From sequence record MK373792.1: a DNA stretch of 64,000 nucleotides. The stretch is one strand, 5' to 3'. Below the pieces are notes generated by a model that did no database searches, had not been told where the DNA came from, and saw only the letters and a program-made list of their open reading frames with translations. Every line of letters starts with the position of its first letter. Position 1 is the stretch's first letter. The stretch is from Escherichia phage vB_EcoS_VAH1. Position numbers and translations under genes: made by a program. Below are positions 46,601-57,026 of the stretch, in pieces.

Positions 46601-46705
46601 GATTGTACTTCCCAGAACTATAGTATATTTAGGATATTTACTTGCAGTTATACTATTCTGGTCCATAGTGACCATTTGCTGTAAAATTATTTTAGTTATA
46701 GCCAT
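43655..46705 (-). CDS. L-shaped tail fibre protein (pb1-like) with C-terminal S74 intramolecular-chaperone domain
   Basis: 1016 aa; Ala/Thr/Ser/Glu-rich N-terminal repeats; C-terminus ...DLKDNIEEIQNATESLRKMKGYTYT... is typical of the auto-cleaving chaperone domain. Confidence 0.75.
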   Translation of the reverse strand: MAITKIILQQMVTMDQNSITASKYPKYTIVLGSTISSITAGELVSAIESSKASAAAAKQSEINAKQSELNAKDSENEAEISAASSQQSATQSASSATASANSAKAAKTSETNAKASETAAKTSETKAKASETAAKTSETNANSSKTAAAASASAAKTSETNASASAAAAKTSETNANNSKNAAANSANAAKASETNAKTSETNAAASATKAENVASGMKASIGLGDSPRDCPDISGNPSNFLGFLRIYETATGFPSIAVGETVLTGFISGTDGVPSFAGLFVGSSTKAIYSYRWRPESGPLWTKNARIDDVNRLVQLSSETQLLNPGNNAKIIITSGKLWGAYDIENRSYIPLAVGQGGTGGRSISEAKNNLQIPSIGGGEWVTLNAPAGVEDGKYYPVIIDLAYRSLYASGAFIDIKTRSSTGNDPMNCCSFNGFIRCGGWSDRKDGGYGYFNNYARSEIAMKCILSSSKDAERYVAIYIEARGFPVQLRVPAFCEVTVPTSNFTYKNTTYAWGTANPATDSTDVLTMFDFSLNRIGFYQATTEGNYYIGNGERIVLSNGMNVGDELSLYAPKITFSGTIAAGNGVIADGISVSNATFYSRYRVGDTIYGAEFRASENAGQVIVRDPAGINHQFFNFNKEGTFSAPSGILSSTGVDWNTQHNTVNKFYGIAGQVNTPENNVVYGGIHVGFSGNYATQFAGRGSKFWARSIDGGTIGAWNRLITDKFADFGVPVSITKAGEALSIRLTGTDTSQVGYLACRTDSGRLWYVGKGGAAKDVIIHNDMNSSTLTVSDNITLRTPNYNGGIFADGSAVVVRRGNGRTFSYENNQTAAKSATILLWGNTTGRPSVVECKLSDGYLFYAQQSSDGSRVFNVNGKVEATNITQSSDRDLKDNIEEIQNATESLRKMKGYTYTLKENGLPYAGVIAQEVMEALPEAVSGFTKYTDLEGPTLTGEQLVGEERFYSVDYAAITGLLVQAGRESDSRISALESEVSDLKKQIADLTLVVNSLLANKV
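46060..46480 (-). repeat. Tandem in-frame nucleotide repeats encoding the (AAKTSETNA)n-like low-complexity region of the tail fibre
   Basis: Repeated GCAGCAGTTTCACTAGC.../TTAGTTTCTGAAGTTTTAGC units; they also generate spurious ORFs on the + strand (45708..46436, 46063..46497). Confidence 0.6.
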
Positions 46706-47127
46706 TATTGAGTTACTCCATCACTAATATAAACTTTGCCTTCCATAATACGGAAAGAACTAGCAGCACTACCAACAGCTGTTCTAGTAATAATTACATC
46801 ATAGTATCCAGCTAATCTCTGTCTAGGATTATATCTATCCCTTTCTTTAGATGCTTTGGAAGCAATAGTTGTTACGGCACTAACAGGTAGACTTATAGAT
46901 GCTACACCTTGTGTAGCATCTACAATAGATGTAGTAAAAGATGCTAAAGTTTCAGCTCCATCTTCTAAACTACTTTTAATACTTCCTCTAAGAGAGAAGC
47001 CAGTAAGATCTACTGGCTTAGATGTAGCAGGATAAACACTATCATCTACATCCATAAATTGCATAAGTAAACCATAAGGTACGTTTTCGTCTACTACTAA
47101 ATCAATAACTCTATTTTCTGTACTCAT
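46705..47127 (-). CDS. Tail collar protein (p132-like)
   Basis: 140 aa, the same length as the T5 p132 collar protein as I recall it; positioned between the tail-fibre and pb4-like genes. Confidence 0.5.
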   Translation of the reverse strand: MSTENRVIDLVVDENVPYGLLMQFMDVDDSVYPATSKPVDLTGFSLRGSIKSSLEDGAETLASFTTSIVDATQGVASISLPVSAVTTIASKASKERDRYNPRQRLAGYYDVIITRTAVGSAASSFRIMEGKVYISDGVTQ

Positions 47128-47132
47128 TATTT

Positions 47133-49235
47133 TTACCTTATATGGATATACCCGTTTTGCAGGTCTATCTTCATTTTGTAAGATCCCTCTGGATTAGAGG
47201 ATAGTGCTGCTGCACGATCATATATAATATTTACACCAATTTGTGATAAGAAAGCATTATTAGCAACAATTTTACTAGCAGTTACCGTACCATTAACTAT
47301 CATATCACCATGTAAAACCATTGCAGGGCTAGCCCATGCTGAACCATTCCACTGCCTAGTAAACGCTGTTCCTGGTGCTCCACTTTTATACTCGGTTAAT
47401 ACATCATATTTAACAGGGCCAGTACCAAAGTTAGATGTAAAGAATGAATTAGCTTGTGAATCATTCCATGCTGTTAAATTAGCGATAGCAAGAGAATACA
47501 TTCCAGGACCACGTTGTCCTGTATCTCCTGGCCTGCCATCGGCACCTGGTTTACCGTCTGCTCCAGGCCTACCATCAACACCTTCTGTACCGCTCCATTG
47601 AACCACGTCTGACCAACTAGTTCCAGATACTAACTGATTAGTAACAGGGTCTAAAGTACCTGTAGAACAGTAAATATTTTGAGTATTAGATGTTCTATTG
47701 GGTGGAGTCTTTGACCAACCTGAAGGTGGGTATGCAGGGCTTGTAGGTTTAGCAGGTAGTGAGGTTCCTAGAATATAGATAAATACTGTTTGCTTGCCCT
47801 GTATACCTGTCTGTATATCAATATCACCATTTGGTGTACCAATTACAACCCCGCTAGAAATCCTTAATGTATCTCCATCATAACGTATATACTGAGTAGC
47901 ATTACCAATATCTAGTTTTGGTTTAGCAGTAGCATTATCCATGCCCATCCAGATACCAGATTTTGTATCGCCCCAAGTTTTACCCTGAGTATAGATTGCT
48001 GGGTTATCTTGACCGGTTAAATTAGTCATGACAAAGTTAGCAGCGTTAATAGTTTTAGTTATTACACTTCCATCAACGTTAACTATCTTTTTAATAGGGT
48101 CGAAAGATATTGGTGCTTTTCCTTCAGCATCTAGAAGACCTATATTAATAGCACCGGTGGAGGCATCTATTAGGAAGGTTTGTTTCCAGGTAGATCCATC
48201 TTTAATTTTACCCTTAATGTACGCATAATTTACTTCGATACCAGTTTCATTAACAAAACTATTGTCTAACGGTGTGCTCTCATTTAATATAAATGTCTGT
48301 ACTGCGGAATCAGTAACATCTTGAGCGCCTGGTCCCCAGGCAATAGATGACACTTTAAATTTATGCTCTACTTTCCATGGGAATGATATAATTGTTGCCG
48401 ACTGAGCAGCCCCCACGTTGATTTTTTGTGCTTTAGTCCATCCAGTTCTTGCAAACTCTGCCGAATCTATATAAGATAGAACGAACTCACGAACATTAGC
48501 ACCTGCACCTCTATTCCAATCCCATTGTACACGCAAGTCATAGCGTTCTTTACCATCTGCAATACGCGCTGCTTTAAATTCAATATTAATAGGTGCAGTA
48601 GGGGGAACAAAATTATACTTAACTTCAAAAACAGTGGGATACTCATAGTATCCAGATGAATCAATAGTAACACCGTCTGGTAGGCTTATTTGACCAGAAA
48701 TTCTTACTTTATAGAACCCGATTGGCACACCACCAAACATAATAGTTGGCATTAGTGCACCAACGTAATATTTAACCCATGGATTATTGGCATTAGAATT
48801 ATTTTTTAATTCTATAGTGCAATAATCGGCCTCCCCTGTAGTATCTATATAAACTATTGGTGCTCCAACACCAACATCTACTAGTTCTGACTCGCATCTA
48901 GCACCCATGATTTTGGGTGCTGATTTCATTTTAAAGGTTTGCTTATCAGATAGGTTAATTCCTATCTGTGCATTAAGGAGTTCAGAGTCTATTATGGAAT
49001 CATAAAATGCACCCTGAACTTCATAAGTTGTTGTAGGTTTTAGATTATTAATAGTTACAGAGAAAGTATCAACACCCGTGAAGTCTCTACGAGTAATATT
49101 ACTACCTTCCTTTAGCCAAAAAGATCTGCCTATAACGTCATAATCTGAGTAAATAGAATGCTGGATATACGCCAACGTATACCCAGTTAAGACGCTATTT
49201 AGGACCATTTTAGCTGGTGCATTATTTGAAATCAT
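47133..49235 (-). CDS. Baseplate/tail-tip protein (pb4-like) with collagen-like Gly-X-Y repeat
   Basis: 700 aa; [27 protein letters not shown] segment. Confidence 0.6.
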   Translation of the reverse strand: MISNNAPAKMVLNSVLTGYTLAYIQHSIYSDYDVIGRSFWLKEGSNITRRDFTGVDTFSVTINNLKPTTTYEVQGAFYDSIIDSELLNAQIGINLSDKQTFKMKSAPKIMGARCESELVDVGVGAPIVYIDTTGEADYCTIELKNNSNANNPWVKYYVGALMPTIMFGGVPIGFYKVRISGQISLPDGVTIDSSGYYEYPTVFEVKYNFVPPTAPINIEFKAARIADGKERYDLRVQWDWNRGAGANVREFVLSYIDSAEFARTGWTKAQKINVGAAQSATIISFPWKVEHKFKVSSIAWGPGAQDVTDSAVQTFILNESTPLDNSFVNETGIEVNYAYIKGKIKDGSTWKQTFLIDASTGAINIGLLDAEGKAPISFDPIKKIVNVDGSVITKTINAANFVMTNLTGQDNPAIYTQGKTWGDTKSGIWMGMDNATAKPKLDIGNATQYIRYDGDTLRISSGVVIGTPNGDIDIQTGIQGKQTVFIYILGTSLPAKPTSPAYPPSGWSKTPPNRTSNTQNIYCSTGTLDPVTNQLVSGTSWSDVVQWSGTEGVDGRPGADGKPGADGRPGDTGQRGPGMYSLAIANLTAWNDSQANSFFTSNFGTGPVKYDVLTEYKSGAPGTAFTRQWNGSAWASPAMVLHGDMIVNGTVTASKIVANNAFLSQIGVNIIYDRAAALSSNPEGSYKMKIDLQNGYIHIR

Positions 49236-52085
49236 TTAAATAGTAGCCCAACTAACAGATTGTTCTCCGCTTTCTCCTTCAGCCCGTATTCTAAATCGTA
49301 ATTTACGATTGATACCTAGAGCACTTGAGTTCAGCAAAGCAAAATCCGCCTTATTATATGTTAATAGGTAATCATAAGTATAGACATCTTCTATTCTAAC
49401 ACTACGAAGCATTCTATCTTGAGAATCATAAATTTCCAGAGTATAATAGATTTCAGGAATTATCTCCTCCTCTGGAATCTTATCCCAGGCAAGTTTGACA
49501 TCTGGACCAACAAATTCAGTCACATCTCCTGAAGCAGTATTAACAACTCTAAAGTTACTAACTACACTTAAGTTCTTAGCTGAATTAAGGTCTACAGATA
49601 GTGTAACTGGGGAACTACGTCTACCATTAATATCTACTGCGCGTAGCTCAAAAATAGCTAAACCAGCAGGCTCTCCTATAATCTCCTGAACCATTCTTTC
49701 ATTAGGATTATTTTCCAGTTGTTGAACTATATAGGGATCAACATGTCCAGAATGTGCAATAGAATAGTATACTACGTTATTTGTAAGACTAGGAAGCCAG
49801 GATAACTCACCATTCTTACCTATAGCACCAACTACGCCACCTGGAGTAGGGGTGTATTTAAAATCTCTAGGAGGTAGAACATTATTACTAATATCAGGAA
49901 TATCATTACCACTATTATCTACCTGTTCTGAATTAATAAATACATCTTCCCCATACTCTTGGAGAACTAGATTAATTTTACCATCACGAGTATTTTCTAC
50001 TTCGTCAACCAGGAAGAATTTGTCCTTCCAGCCATAACGTTCGTATGTGAAAGCAATAGGATCGTTAGGTTCTATACCTATAAATTTATATGGTACAGAA
50101 AAACTTAAAGTACGGGAGTATCTAGATTTCTTAAGTTCTCTATCTGCGTAACTCCTAGCGGTGTAGTAGTTAGTAATATTTGCAAAAGATAGCTGAAGTT
50201 TTTTGTCCAAACCCTTATCTTGTTCTTTAAACTTAGAGTTATAGAACGTAATAGAGTTTGTTTTCCAGCTTAGTGCAGGGTCTACTAGAGATGCTTGTAC
50301 TGAGTTAAACTTATTTCTACCAGTAGTATCAGATAAGTCTAAGTCCCCATAAGTATCTAGAAAACTTATCTTCAAAGGAGTTGTAGAATGTTTTTCTACT
50401 GTTATTCTATACTCACCTGATAGGTTATTTATAGCTCCGCCAAAAGAATCCAGTACTCCTTGAACATTTTTAAATACTGATTCGGAGGTATCTAATATAG
50501 TGTTTAACTGAACTACTTGGCGGTGTTCAGAGATAGAATCACTCCAACCAACATATCTCCAATATGGTTGCCAGCTAACCTGATAAGATTCATCAATTAT
50601 ATCTAGAATTTTTGCTTCTGATATAATCTTTTGTAGTGGGAACTGATCTAGAGTTATATTAGCTCCATAACGTTCAGAGGTTAGATAGTCCATAAGCTGC
50701 CAGATACCGTTAAGGCTAGTTTTATCAGCTTTAACAGACCCATCAGAACTATATACTTTGACTTTCTTACCTTGTACTTCAGCACTAATTTCTGGAATTT
50801 CAGTTCTATTCTCATTAATAGTAAATCTAACTACAGCGTAGGCTGTGTCTAAGAGCTTATAACGAGAATCCCAGTATTCTGGTCCATTGCCGTTTTGATT
50901 CTGTAAATAGAAACCTTTTCTTTTAGCAATATCCACTAATACTTGAGCTGCTGTCTGGTCTGGTTTGCCATGAAAGGTCCATATTCTTATGTCACCATTA
51001 CCATCATTATACTTATACTCCTGACCATGAACAGAAGGTTGAGAAGTGCTTGTACCCGCAGCTAATCTATGCATTGTATCACCCACTAGTTTCTTACGAC
51101 CGAAGCAGGTTCTAGCATTGGAATCCGTTTCATCGAAACAGATCATTGGGCTGTCCCCAATATAGAAATCTAGGAATCCGTCAATTTCTCCTTCCGAAAA
51201 AGCATAGACTACATACACTATATTAGGGTTATTTAGCTCAGTATCTGCAAAAATAGGGATACCAGGAATTTTCTGAACTCCATATACAACAGGTATAAAT
51301 TTAGCAGCTAAGTTAAAGTCTAAGTCAACTTCTTTAGTTACAGTCTCATAATACTTTTTAAGACTGTAACTTCTTGATAGACCAAAGAGTTTCTTCTTGG
51401 ACTGAAGTTTATAACGCTCTTCTTTTACTTGATACTTAGCTAAGATAGTGGTACTTTTATTAGAGTGGAAGAATCCATAGTCTTCTTGGTATTCAGGACG
51501 TTTAGCCCCATTAGAAGGCTGTAATTGCCCATTAACAACTTCAAGTCCTCGATGAGAAGCATCATCGGTATAACGACCATTCACCCTATCAAAGTCATAG
51601 AACTGGTTGGAACAGTTCCATGTGATAACAGAGGTTCCTATCCCTGAAGTAGTAACATTATCTTTTATTCCGCCTCCGGTAATTCTACCGCGGAAGAATA
51701 ATAAAGGCCCGTCTGTACTAGGATCTACGGGAAGAATATTTCCTTCTTCATCAATTATCGCTTGGTGTATAGTAATAGTTCTATCTAAGAAAGATACCCC
51801 ATTTTGAACTAGTTTTAACACTTCATCTTCTGCTGTACCAGTTATTGTAAAAGATAAGCTACCAATAGATAGTTGACGGTTCTGCTTATGGGAGCTTATA
51901 CTTTTTACTTTACCTGATCTGTACAAAATACCATTATATGTAACATCTCTAAAATAGTCTGTCAGGTAGATATAAGTAGCAGCAGAGCCAGATGAACTAG
52001 GAAGTTCTAAAGCTATAAGACAAGCTGTTTTTAGCTTGTCATGAGTATTAAGGTATGTTTTAGCACTATCGAGTATCTGCTTCAT
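49236..52085 (-). CDS. Baseplate hub protein (pb3-like)
   Basis: 949 aa, the same length as T5 pb3 as I recall it; precedes the pb4-like gene. Confidence 0.65.
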   Translation of the reverse strand: MKQILDSAKTYLNTHDKLKTACLIALELPSSSGSAATYIYLTDYFRDVTYNGILYRSGKVKSISSHKQNRQLSIGSLSFTITGTAEDEVLKLVQNGVSFLDRTITIHQAIIDEEGNILPVDPSTDGPLLFFRGRITGGGIKDNVTTSGIGTSVITWNCSNQFYDFDRVNGRYTDDASHRGLEVVNGQLQPSNGAKRPEYQEDYGFFHSNKSTTILAKYQVKEERYKLQSKKKLFGLSRSYSLKKYYETVTKEVDLDFNLAAKFIPVVYGVQKIPGIPIFADTELNNPNIVYVVYAFSEGEIDGFLDFYIGDSPMICFDETDSNARTCFGRKKLVGDTMHRLAAGTSTSQPSVHGQEYKYNDGNGDIRIWTFHGKPDQTAAQVLVDIAKRKGFYLQNQNGNGPEYWDSRYKLLDTAYAVVRFTINENRTEIPEISAEVQGKKVKVYSSDGSVKADKTSLNGIWQLMDYLTSERYGANITLDQFPLQKIISEAKILDIIDESYQVSWQPYWRYVGWSDSISEHRQVVQLNTILDTSESVFKNVQGVLDSFGGAINNLSGEYRITVEKHSTTPLKISFLDTYGDLDLSDTTGRNKFNSVQASLVDPALSWKTNSITFYNSKFKEQDKGLDKKLQLSFANITNYYTARSYADRELKKSRYSRTLSFSVPYKFIGIEPNDPIAFTYERYGWKDKFFLVDEVENTRDGKINLVLQEYGEDVFINSEQVDNSGNDIPDISNNVLPPRDFKYTPTPGGVVGAIGKNGELSWLPSLTNNVVYYSIAHSGHVDPYIVQQLENNPNERMVQEIIGEPAGLAIFELRAVDINGRRSSPVTLSVDLNSAKNLSVVSNFRVVNTASGDVTEFVGPDVKLAWDKIPEEEIIPEIYYTLEIYDSQDRMLRSVRIEDVYTYDYLLTYNKADFALLNSSALGINRKLRFRIRAEGESGEQSVSWATI

Positions 52086-52696
52086 AGACTTTCCCTCAAG
52101 GAAAGTGAAATACCAGAATAAGTACCATTGTTATTTAGGGTAGAACCGAAGGAATCTCCGTTCATTAGCTTAGTTCTAAATAAGATACCGTTAAAAACTG
52201 GTTTTTCACTACCCGTAGTAGTAATAAATAGATCAGGATACAGGGAAATATTCCATACGTTTCCTGAACTACTAAAATTTGTTATTTTATAAACTTTAGG
52301 ATGATTAGATAACTTAAATAAATCCCCAGCTTTTGGCTGCCCAGCTAATGTTCCATTAGTATTTAGTATAATTTGAGAACCTTTTTGACCGGCAGGTATG
52401 GTAACACTCTTAGTATCACCACGTACTCTAAATGCTTCATACTGAGGCAGGAGTACATCTAAATAATCTCCAGTTCTTTTATATTCTAAAAGCCTAGAGT
52501 CTAGAAATGCATATTCATCCGGGAAAAGTTCCGGGTATGAGATATTAATTCCCCAGTATTGAGCAGATATTTTAACCTCTTTGACTTTACCATTAGGTAA
52601 TTCATCACGAATCATAGGGTCGTTATCTACTAAATTGACGCTTTCAAAACCTAACCCTGGGTACTCTGGGTTCGTGTATGGATCTGGTAGTCTCAT
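52082..52696 (-). CDS. Distal tail protein (pb9-like)
   Basis: 204 aa, immediately downstream of the tape-measure gene; overlaps the pb3-like start. Confidence 0.6.
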   Translation of the reverse strand: MRLPDPYTNPEYPGLGFESVNLVDNDPMIRDELPNGKVKEVKISAQYWGINISYPELFPDEYAFLDSRLLEYKRTGDYLDVLLPQYEAFRVRGDTKSVTIPAGQKGSQIILNTNGTLAGQPKAGDLFKLSNHPKVYKITNFSSSGNVWNISLYPDLFITTTGSEKPVFNGILFRTKLMNGDSFGSTLNNNGTYSGISLSLRESL

Positions 52697-52779
52697 AGTT
52701 AATTTCTCCTCTTTAATAACAATATTATAATAGTATTGGAAAATTTTATCAAGAAATTTTTATTTTTCCATAAAGAAAA

Positions 52780-52798
52780 GGAGGACATAAAGTCCTCC
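52780..52798 (-). terminator. Hairpin terminator after the tape-measure gene
   Basis: Stem GGAGGAC/GTCCTCC; U-run on the - strand. Confidence 0.5.
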
Positions 52799-52805
52799 TC
52801 CAATA

Positions 52806-55800
52806 TTAAGAATTACCAAGAGATTTCAGGGTGGTTCCATTCTCATTAAGAGCCAGTTCCACGGCATCTCTGAAAGCAGTACTATTATTCGATGCAAAAT
52901 CTCTGAAGCTTGCTGCATCCATAGTGCTGATATTCAGGATAATAGGTCTACCAGAAGAGGACCTTGATCCTTCGGAAAGCTGATCATTAGGCGTAGCTTT
53001 CATAGGAACCATAGGAGTAATTACCTCGGTACCGTGCTCACCCATTTGATAGCTTACTCCAGGATACATCATACCGCCTTCCGCACGTGGAACAAAGGAG
53101 TTAGCATTACCGATACCTTTATCACCACGTAGATAGGATAATTCTCCTGAGCTAGCCTGCATAGATACATCAACGTTCTTCTGTCGTTCACCTAGGGTTA
53201 AATACTGAGTAGTATCTGCTCCAGAGTCAGCGATAGAAGACATACCAGATGCGGAAGATGCCTGAGCAAGAGCTAGTGCACCTGCCAAACCTGCCGCCAC
53301 CATTAGAGGAATAGAGAACGGATATGGTACAGCTGTTGCTGCTTGCATTACTGCTACTGCTGTCTGAATGATAATCTGTTTCTTAGCTGCATCCTGTTGA
53401 ATTTTAAGCTTTTCAGCTTCTAATTTCTTCAGTTTAGCTTTAGATGCCTCAGATTTACCATCACGCTTCTGTTCTGCGGCAATAGCCTGATCAATTGCAC
53501 TAACCTGCTGACTAGTACTGTATTGAATCATAGAAGCCACAGTTTGCATACCAGAAGCAATCATAGACGTAGTATCTAAAGATCCCTGAGAGAATTGAAT
53601 CATAGCATTAGTTAAATTACCCATGCTTTGAGCCACAGCGGTTGCTTCGGAATTTAATTCAGATAACTTAGAGATCGCCTGGTCATAAGAAGCCATTCTA
53701 TTTTGCATATCAGCAAAATCTTTATCTTCTCCGATTAACCCAGTAGTAGGAGTATAAGTAGCCCCAACAGAAGATCCTACCTGTTGCTGCATTTGACTTT
53801 CTCTCTGCTTTCTGAGTTGCTCTAGAGCAGCAACAGTTTTATAAATCTCATTACGATACTTAAGCTCTTCTTCCGTATTACCCTTAGATAGTTCCAGCTG
53901 TTGCTGCAGAATGGATAGTCTTTCCGTAAGAATTTGGGATTGGCCAGTAACATTTCTTTGTGTTTGGCTGACTTCTAGTGCATCCATGAGAGCTGATACA
54001 TGTGAGGCAGTTGCTTGTTTTTCTGCTTCCCATAGCTCTCTGCTTATTTGTGCTTGCGCACGTCTAGACTGTTCCGCCTCTTTTTGTTTATCTGCCTGTT
54101 TTGTATACCATTCGTACTTCTCTTTCTCTATAGTTAGTTCTAGTTTTAGCTGAGCTAATCTATATTGAGTAGTAGTCATAGTACGGTCATTCAGAAGAGC
54201 TATCTCACGATCTACACCAAGAATTTTATCTGTGTAATCCTTAACCTTCTTCTGAGCTTCCATACCCTGATTGGTAAGTTTAAGTTTCTCCAGCTGAATT
54301 TTTTCAATTTCTTTCTCAACAGCTTTATTTCCCTGGTTTGTTTGAAGAACACGTCGTAAAGCAGCTTCTTGCTCTTCTAACTGTTGCAACTCTAAACGTC
54401 TACCAGCTTCCTGAGCTTTTTCCTTATCCTTAGTTTGATTATACACATCAGCTATTTTCTGTTGAACTGCTAACTGATTTTTAGTTTCATTACCAGTTAG
54501 TTTAACATACTCAGATAGAGCCTGAGAAGCAGTTTTCATCTCAGATAACGTATTATAGCCTAAGTTAAGATTTTTAACGTACTCATCAGCACTTTTACCT
54601 GTTCCTATAGATAGGGACTCTATATTTTTTATAACAGCTACTAAAGTAGCGCTAGTTTTAGCCGCGGTATCTGTACTCTGAGCAACGTTCTGCATATCAT
54701 TAGCTAAGTCACCAGCTGTTTTCTTAGTTTGATTATACGCTTTCTGTTCTTCGGTTAGTCCTTTTAGTACTGCAGAGTTAAAATCATATACAGCACCAGG
54801 ATCAGTAGTATCCCTATGTAGGTTAATCTGTTTTTGGAATTCTGGGTTAGCTTTTGCAGCGGCAGCACCCGCAGCTTGATAGGCTGACTTCCAAGCATTA
54901 AGGTTTTCAGTAGAGTCATCAACTTCTTTGCTTAACCTTGCTATCTGTAGTCCCATAGCTGCGGTTTCCTCTACGAACTTTTTATTAGCTTCGGAAGAAC
55001 CTATGCGCATCCCTCCTACTTCAAATCCCCCAGCAGCTAACCCAACAGGCATTCCCTCACCCACCAACCTAATAGCGGCGGCAGTACTAGCGTCTGCTTG
55101 GGACATTCGTTTATCGAACTCAGATTTTAGCTTATTACGCTTATCAAGGGATTCCCTATACATATCTAGAGCTTTATTATACCCTTCTTCAGAAGCGGCT
55201 AAACTTAAAGCAACAGCACCAACGTTGGTAGGATCTATCTGTCTATTAGTCTTTTCTTGGGCTCTAGCTGCTTCAGCAGATACAGAAGCCTGAGAAGTAT
55301 AGAATACCGTATTGATGGCATCGATTACTGGTCCTAAATACTTAGCAGCAGCCTGCTGAATCTTTCTCAGTGCGGCATCAGCATTAGCGGCAAATTGCTC
55401 CCATGGAGTAGCTCGCAGAACTTCATCTAGATACCCAAAACGTCTGGTAGATTCTGCTATAACAGCATTGGCATACGCCTGCTGTTTCTGGAAAGTAGTA
55501 AGACTATTAATGTTATAAGTTATACCTGTGTTAGCAGCATTTAGCTGTTTAACATAGTCAGCATATGCGTCATTAAGACGAATAGTAACACCAAGTTCAT
55601 CCAGAAGTTCTATTTCCTGTTTTGATACACCCTTGATTACACGATTAAGCGCATCAGTCATATCAACACCAAGAACAGCAGCAGCACGACGAGCTACTAG
55701 ACCAAATTTATTAAGTTGTTCAGCATCAAATCCGTACGCAGAAGCAGAGGATGCTTGTCTCATTGCTTCTTCAAAGGAGATAGCATATCCGGCAGCTTCT

Positions 55801-56513
55801 TGTAGTGATCTAGCAAGAGACTGAACAGGAGTACCCGTCTGAGTACCTACTATAACACCAAATTTTTCTAGACGATTTAGCTGATCACCTAACTTAAGTT
55901 GCTCGAATGCAGATTGCAAAACGAAGATGTTGGAAGCAAGAGCTGCATACATAATAGGTAAACTACCACCGATCTTAGCCATTGCTGCAAAATCACGGGT
56001 AGCCCCACGTGCCGAACCAGAAGTATTACCAATAGCTCTAGAAGCTCTACCAGCGGCACTAGCAGTATCATTAAAACCTCTAGCTGTACCACCTAAAACT
56101 CTATTGGTGTCATACAATCTATCTTGAACTTTCTCTGTTGCAGCTGCAACATCATTACCCATTGCTTTAACAGATCTAGAAACTCCATCGAATCCAATTT
56201 CTAGTTTATCTGTTACTTCAATAAGTTGGATAGCCAGGTAATCTAGCTTATCACCAATACCATCAATGGATTTAGTGATACCAGCCATACCCCTACTAGC
56301 CTGCATTTTAGTAAGACTTCTTGCTGCTCTATCTGCTGCCCTCTCAATGGAGTATAGAGTTTTGGGCATTTTACCTAACTGTTCGTTTGTTAGTTCAGAA
56401 GCAGCAGCAGCGTTCTCTAATGCATCAGCTACGTTTTCAATAGACTTTGCAGTACGGGTTGCCCCCTTCTGTTTAACGTCTATTAATAATTCTCGTATTA
56501 GCTTATCAGTCAT
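52806..56513 (-). CDS. Tail tape measure protein (pb2-like)
   Basis: 1235 aa, largely alpha-helical and coiled-coil, with hydrophobic segments. Confidence 0.85.
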   Translation of the reverse strand: MTDKLIRELLIDVKQKGATRTAKSIENVADALENAAAASELTNEQLGKMPKTLYSIERAADRAARSLTKMQASRGMAGITKSIDGIGDKLDYLAIQLIEVTDKLEIGFDGVSRSVKAMGNDVAAATEKVQDRLYDTNRVLGGTARGFNDTASAAGRASRAIGNTSGSARGATRDFAAMAKIGGSLPIMYAALASNIFVLQSAFEQLKLGDQLNRLEKFGVIVGTQTGTPVQSLARSLQEAAGYAISFEEAMRQASSASAYGFDAEQLNKFGLVARRAAAVLGVDMTDALNRVIKGVSKQEIELLDELGVTIRLNDAYADYVKQLNAANTGITYNINSLTTFQKQQAYANAVIAESTRRFGYLDEVLRATPWEQFAANADAALRKIQQAAAKYLGPVIDAINTVFYTSQASVSAEAARAQEKTNRQIDPTNVGAVALSLAASEEGYNKALDMYRESLDKRNKLKSEFDKRMSQADASTAAAIRLVGEGMPVGLAAGGFEVGGMRIGSSEANKKFVEETAAMGLQIARLSKEVDDSTENLNAWKSAYQAAGAAAAKANPEFQKQINLHRDTTDPGAVYDFNSAVLKGLTEEQKAYNQTKKTAGDLANDMQNVAQSTDTAAKTSATLVAVIKNIESLSIGTGKSADEYVKNLNLGYNTLSEMKTASQALSEYVKLTGNETKNQLAVQQKIADVYNQTKDKEKAQEAGRRLELQQLEEQEAALRRVLQTNQGNKAVEKEIEKIQLEKLKLTNQGMEAQKKVKDYTDKILGVDREIALLNDRTMTTTQYRLAQLKLELTIEKEKYEWYTKQADKQKEAEQSRRAQAQISRELWEAEKQATASHVSALMDALEVSQTQRNVTGQSQILTERLSILQQQLELSKGNTEEELKYRNEIYKTVAALEQLRKQRESQMQQQVGSSVGATYTPTTGLIGEDKDFADMQNRMASYDQAISKLSELNSEATAVAQSMGNLTNAMIQFSQGSLDTTSMIASGMQTVASMIQYSTSQQVSAIDQAIAAEQKRDGKSEASKAKLKKLEAEKLKIQQDAAKKQIIIQTAVAVMQAATAVPYPFSIPLMVAAGLAGALALAQASSASGMSSIADSGADTTQYLTLGERQKNVDVSMQASSGELSYLRGDKGIGNANSFVPRAEGGMMYPGVSYQMGEHGTEVITPMVPMKATPNDQLSEGSRSSSGRPIILNISTMDAASFRDFASNNSTAFRDAVELALNENGTTLKSLGNS

Positions 56514-56530
56514 ATTTTATTTTTCCCAAT

Positions 56531-56561
56531 AAAAAAGGCTCTGGGCAAATCACCCAGAGCC
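56531..56561 (-). terminator. Rho-independent terminator upstream of the tape-measure gene
   Basis: Stem GGCTCTGGG/CCCAGAGCC, then TTTTTT on the - strand; part of a motif repeated at 61519-61558. Confidence 0.6.
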
Positions 56562-56596
56562 AAGCCTCATCGTGGAACGCCCATTGGAGGAAACTT

Positions 56597-56965
56597 TTAC
56601 CGTGCTCGAGATTTGGCGTGCGGCTTAACGTTAGGTATTCTACCGTTTTGCGGCTTATGCTTCTCAGCACGTTTACGTGCAGCGTCTACAGCTTTAGCAT
56701 CAAATATATTGATGATGTGTAGAACAAATTCTTTTTCTATAGGATCGGTAATCCCATAAATATCGAATAAAACACCTAAAGCAGCTTTGTCTTTACCTAT
56801 AAATATAGGAAAGTCGCCAGGTATGAAACAGTCAACTAGACTATTATAAATATTCATACTAATAGCTACAATAGGTGGAAAATCTTCAAGTTCAACAGGC
56901 ATAGCCTTAGGATCAGGTTCTATACCCATTGATTCACAAAGTATTAAATATTGTTGTTTAGTCAT
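56597..56965 (-). CDS. Putative tail assembly chaperone (second ORF)
   Basis: 122 aa; this frame is open for about 87 nt upstream of its ATG and overlaps the 3' end of the ORF at 57027..57431 in the +1 frame. Confidence 0.4.
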   Translation of the reverse strand: MTKQQYLILCESMGIEPDPKAMPVELEDFPPIVAISMNIYNSLVDCFIPGDFPIFIGKDKAALGVLFDIYGITDPIEKEFVLHIINIFDAKAVDAARKRAEKHKPQNGRIPNVKPHAKSRAR

Positions 56966-57026
56966 TTTAGATGCTGAGCTTTTAATACACTTATCTGCAA
57001 AATCAGCAACAGCATCTAGTAATTCT

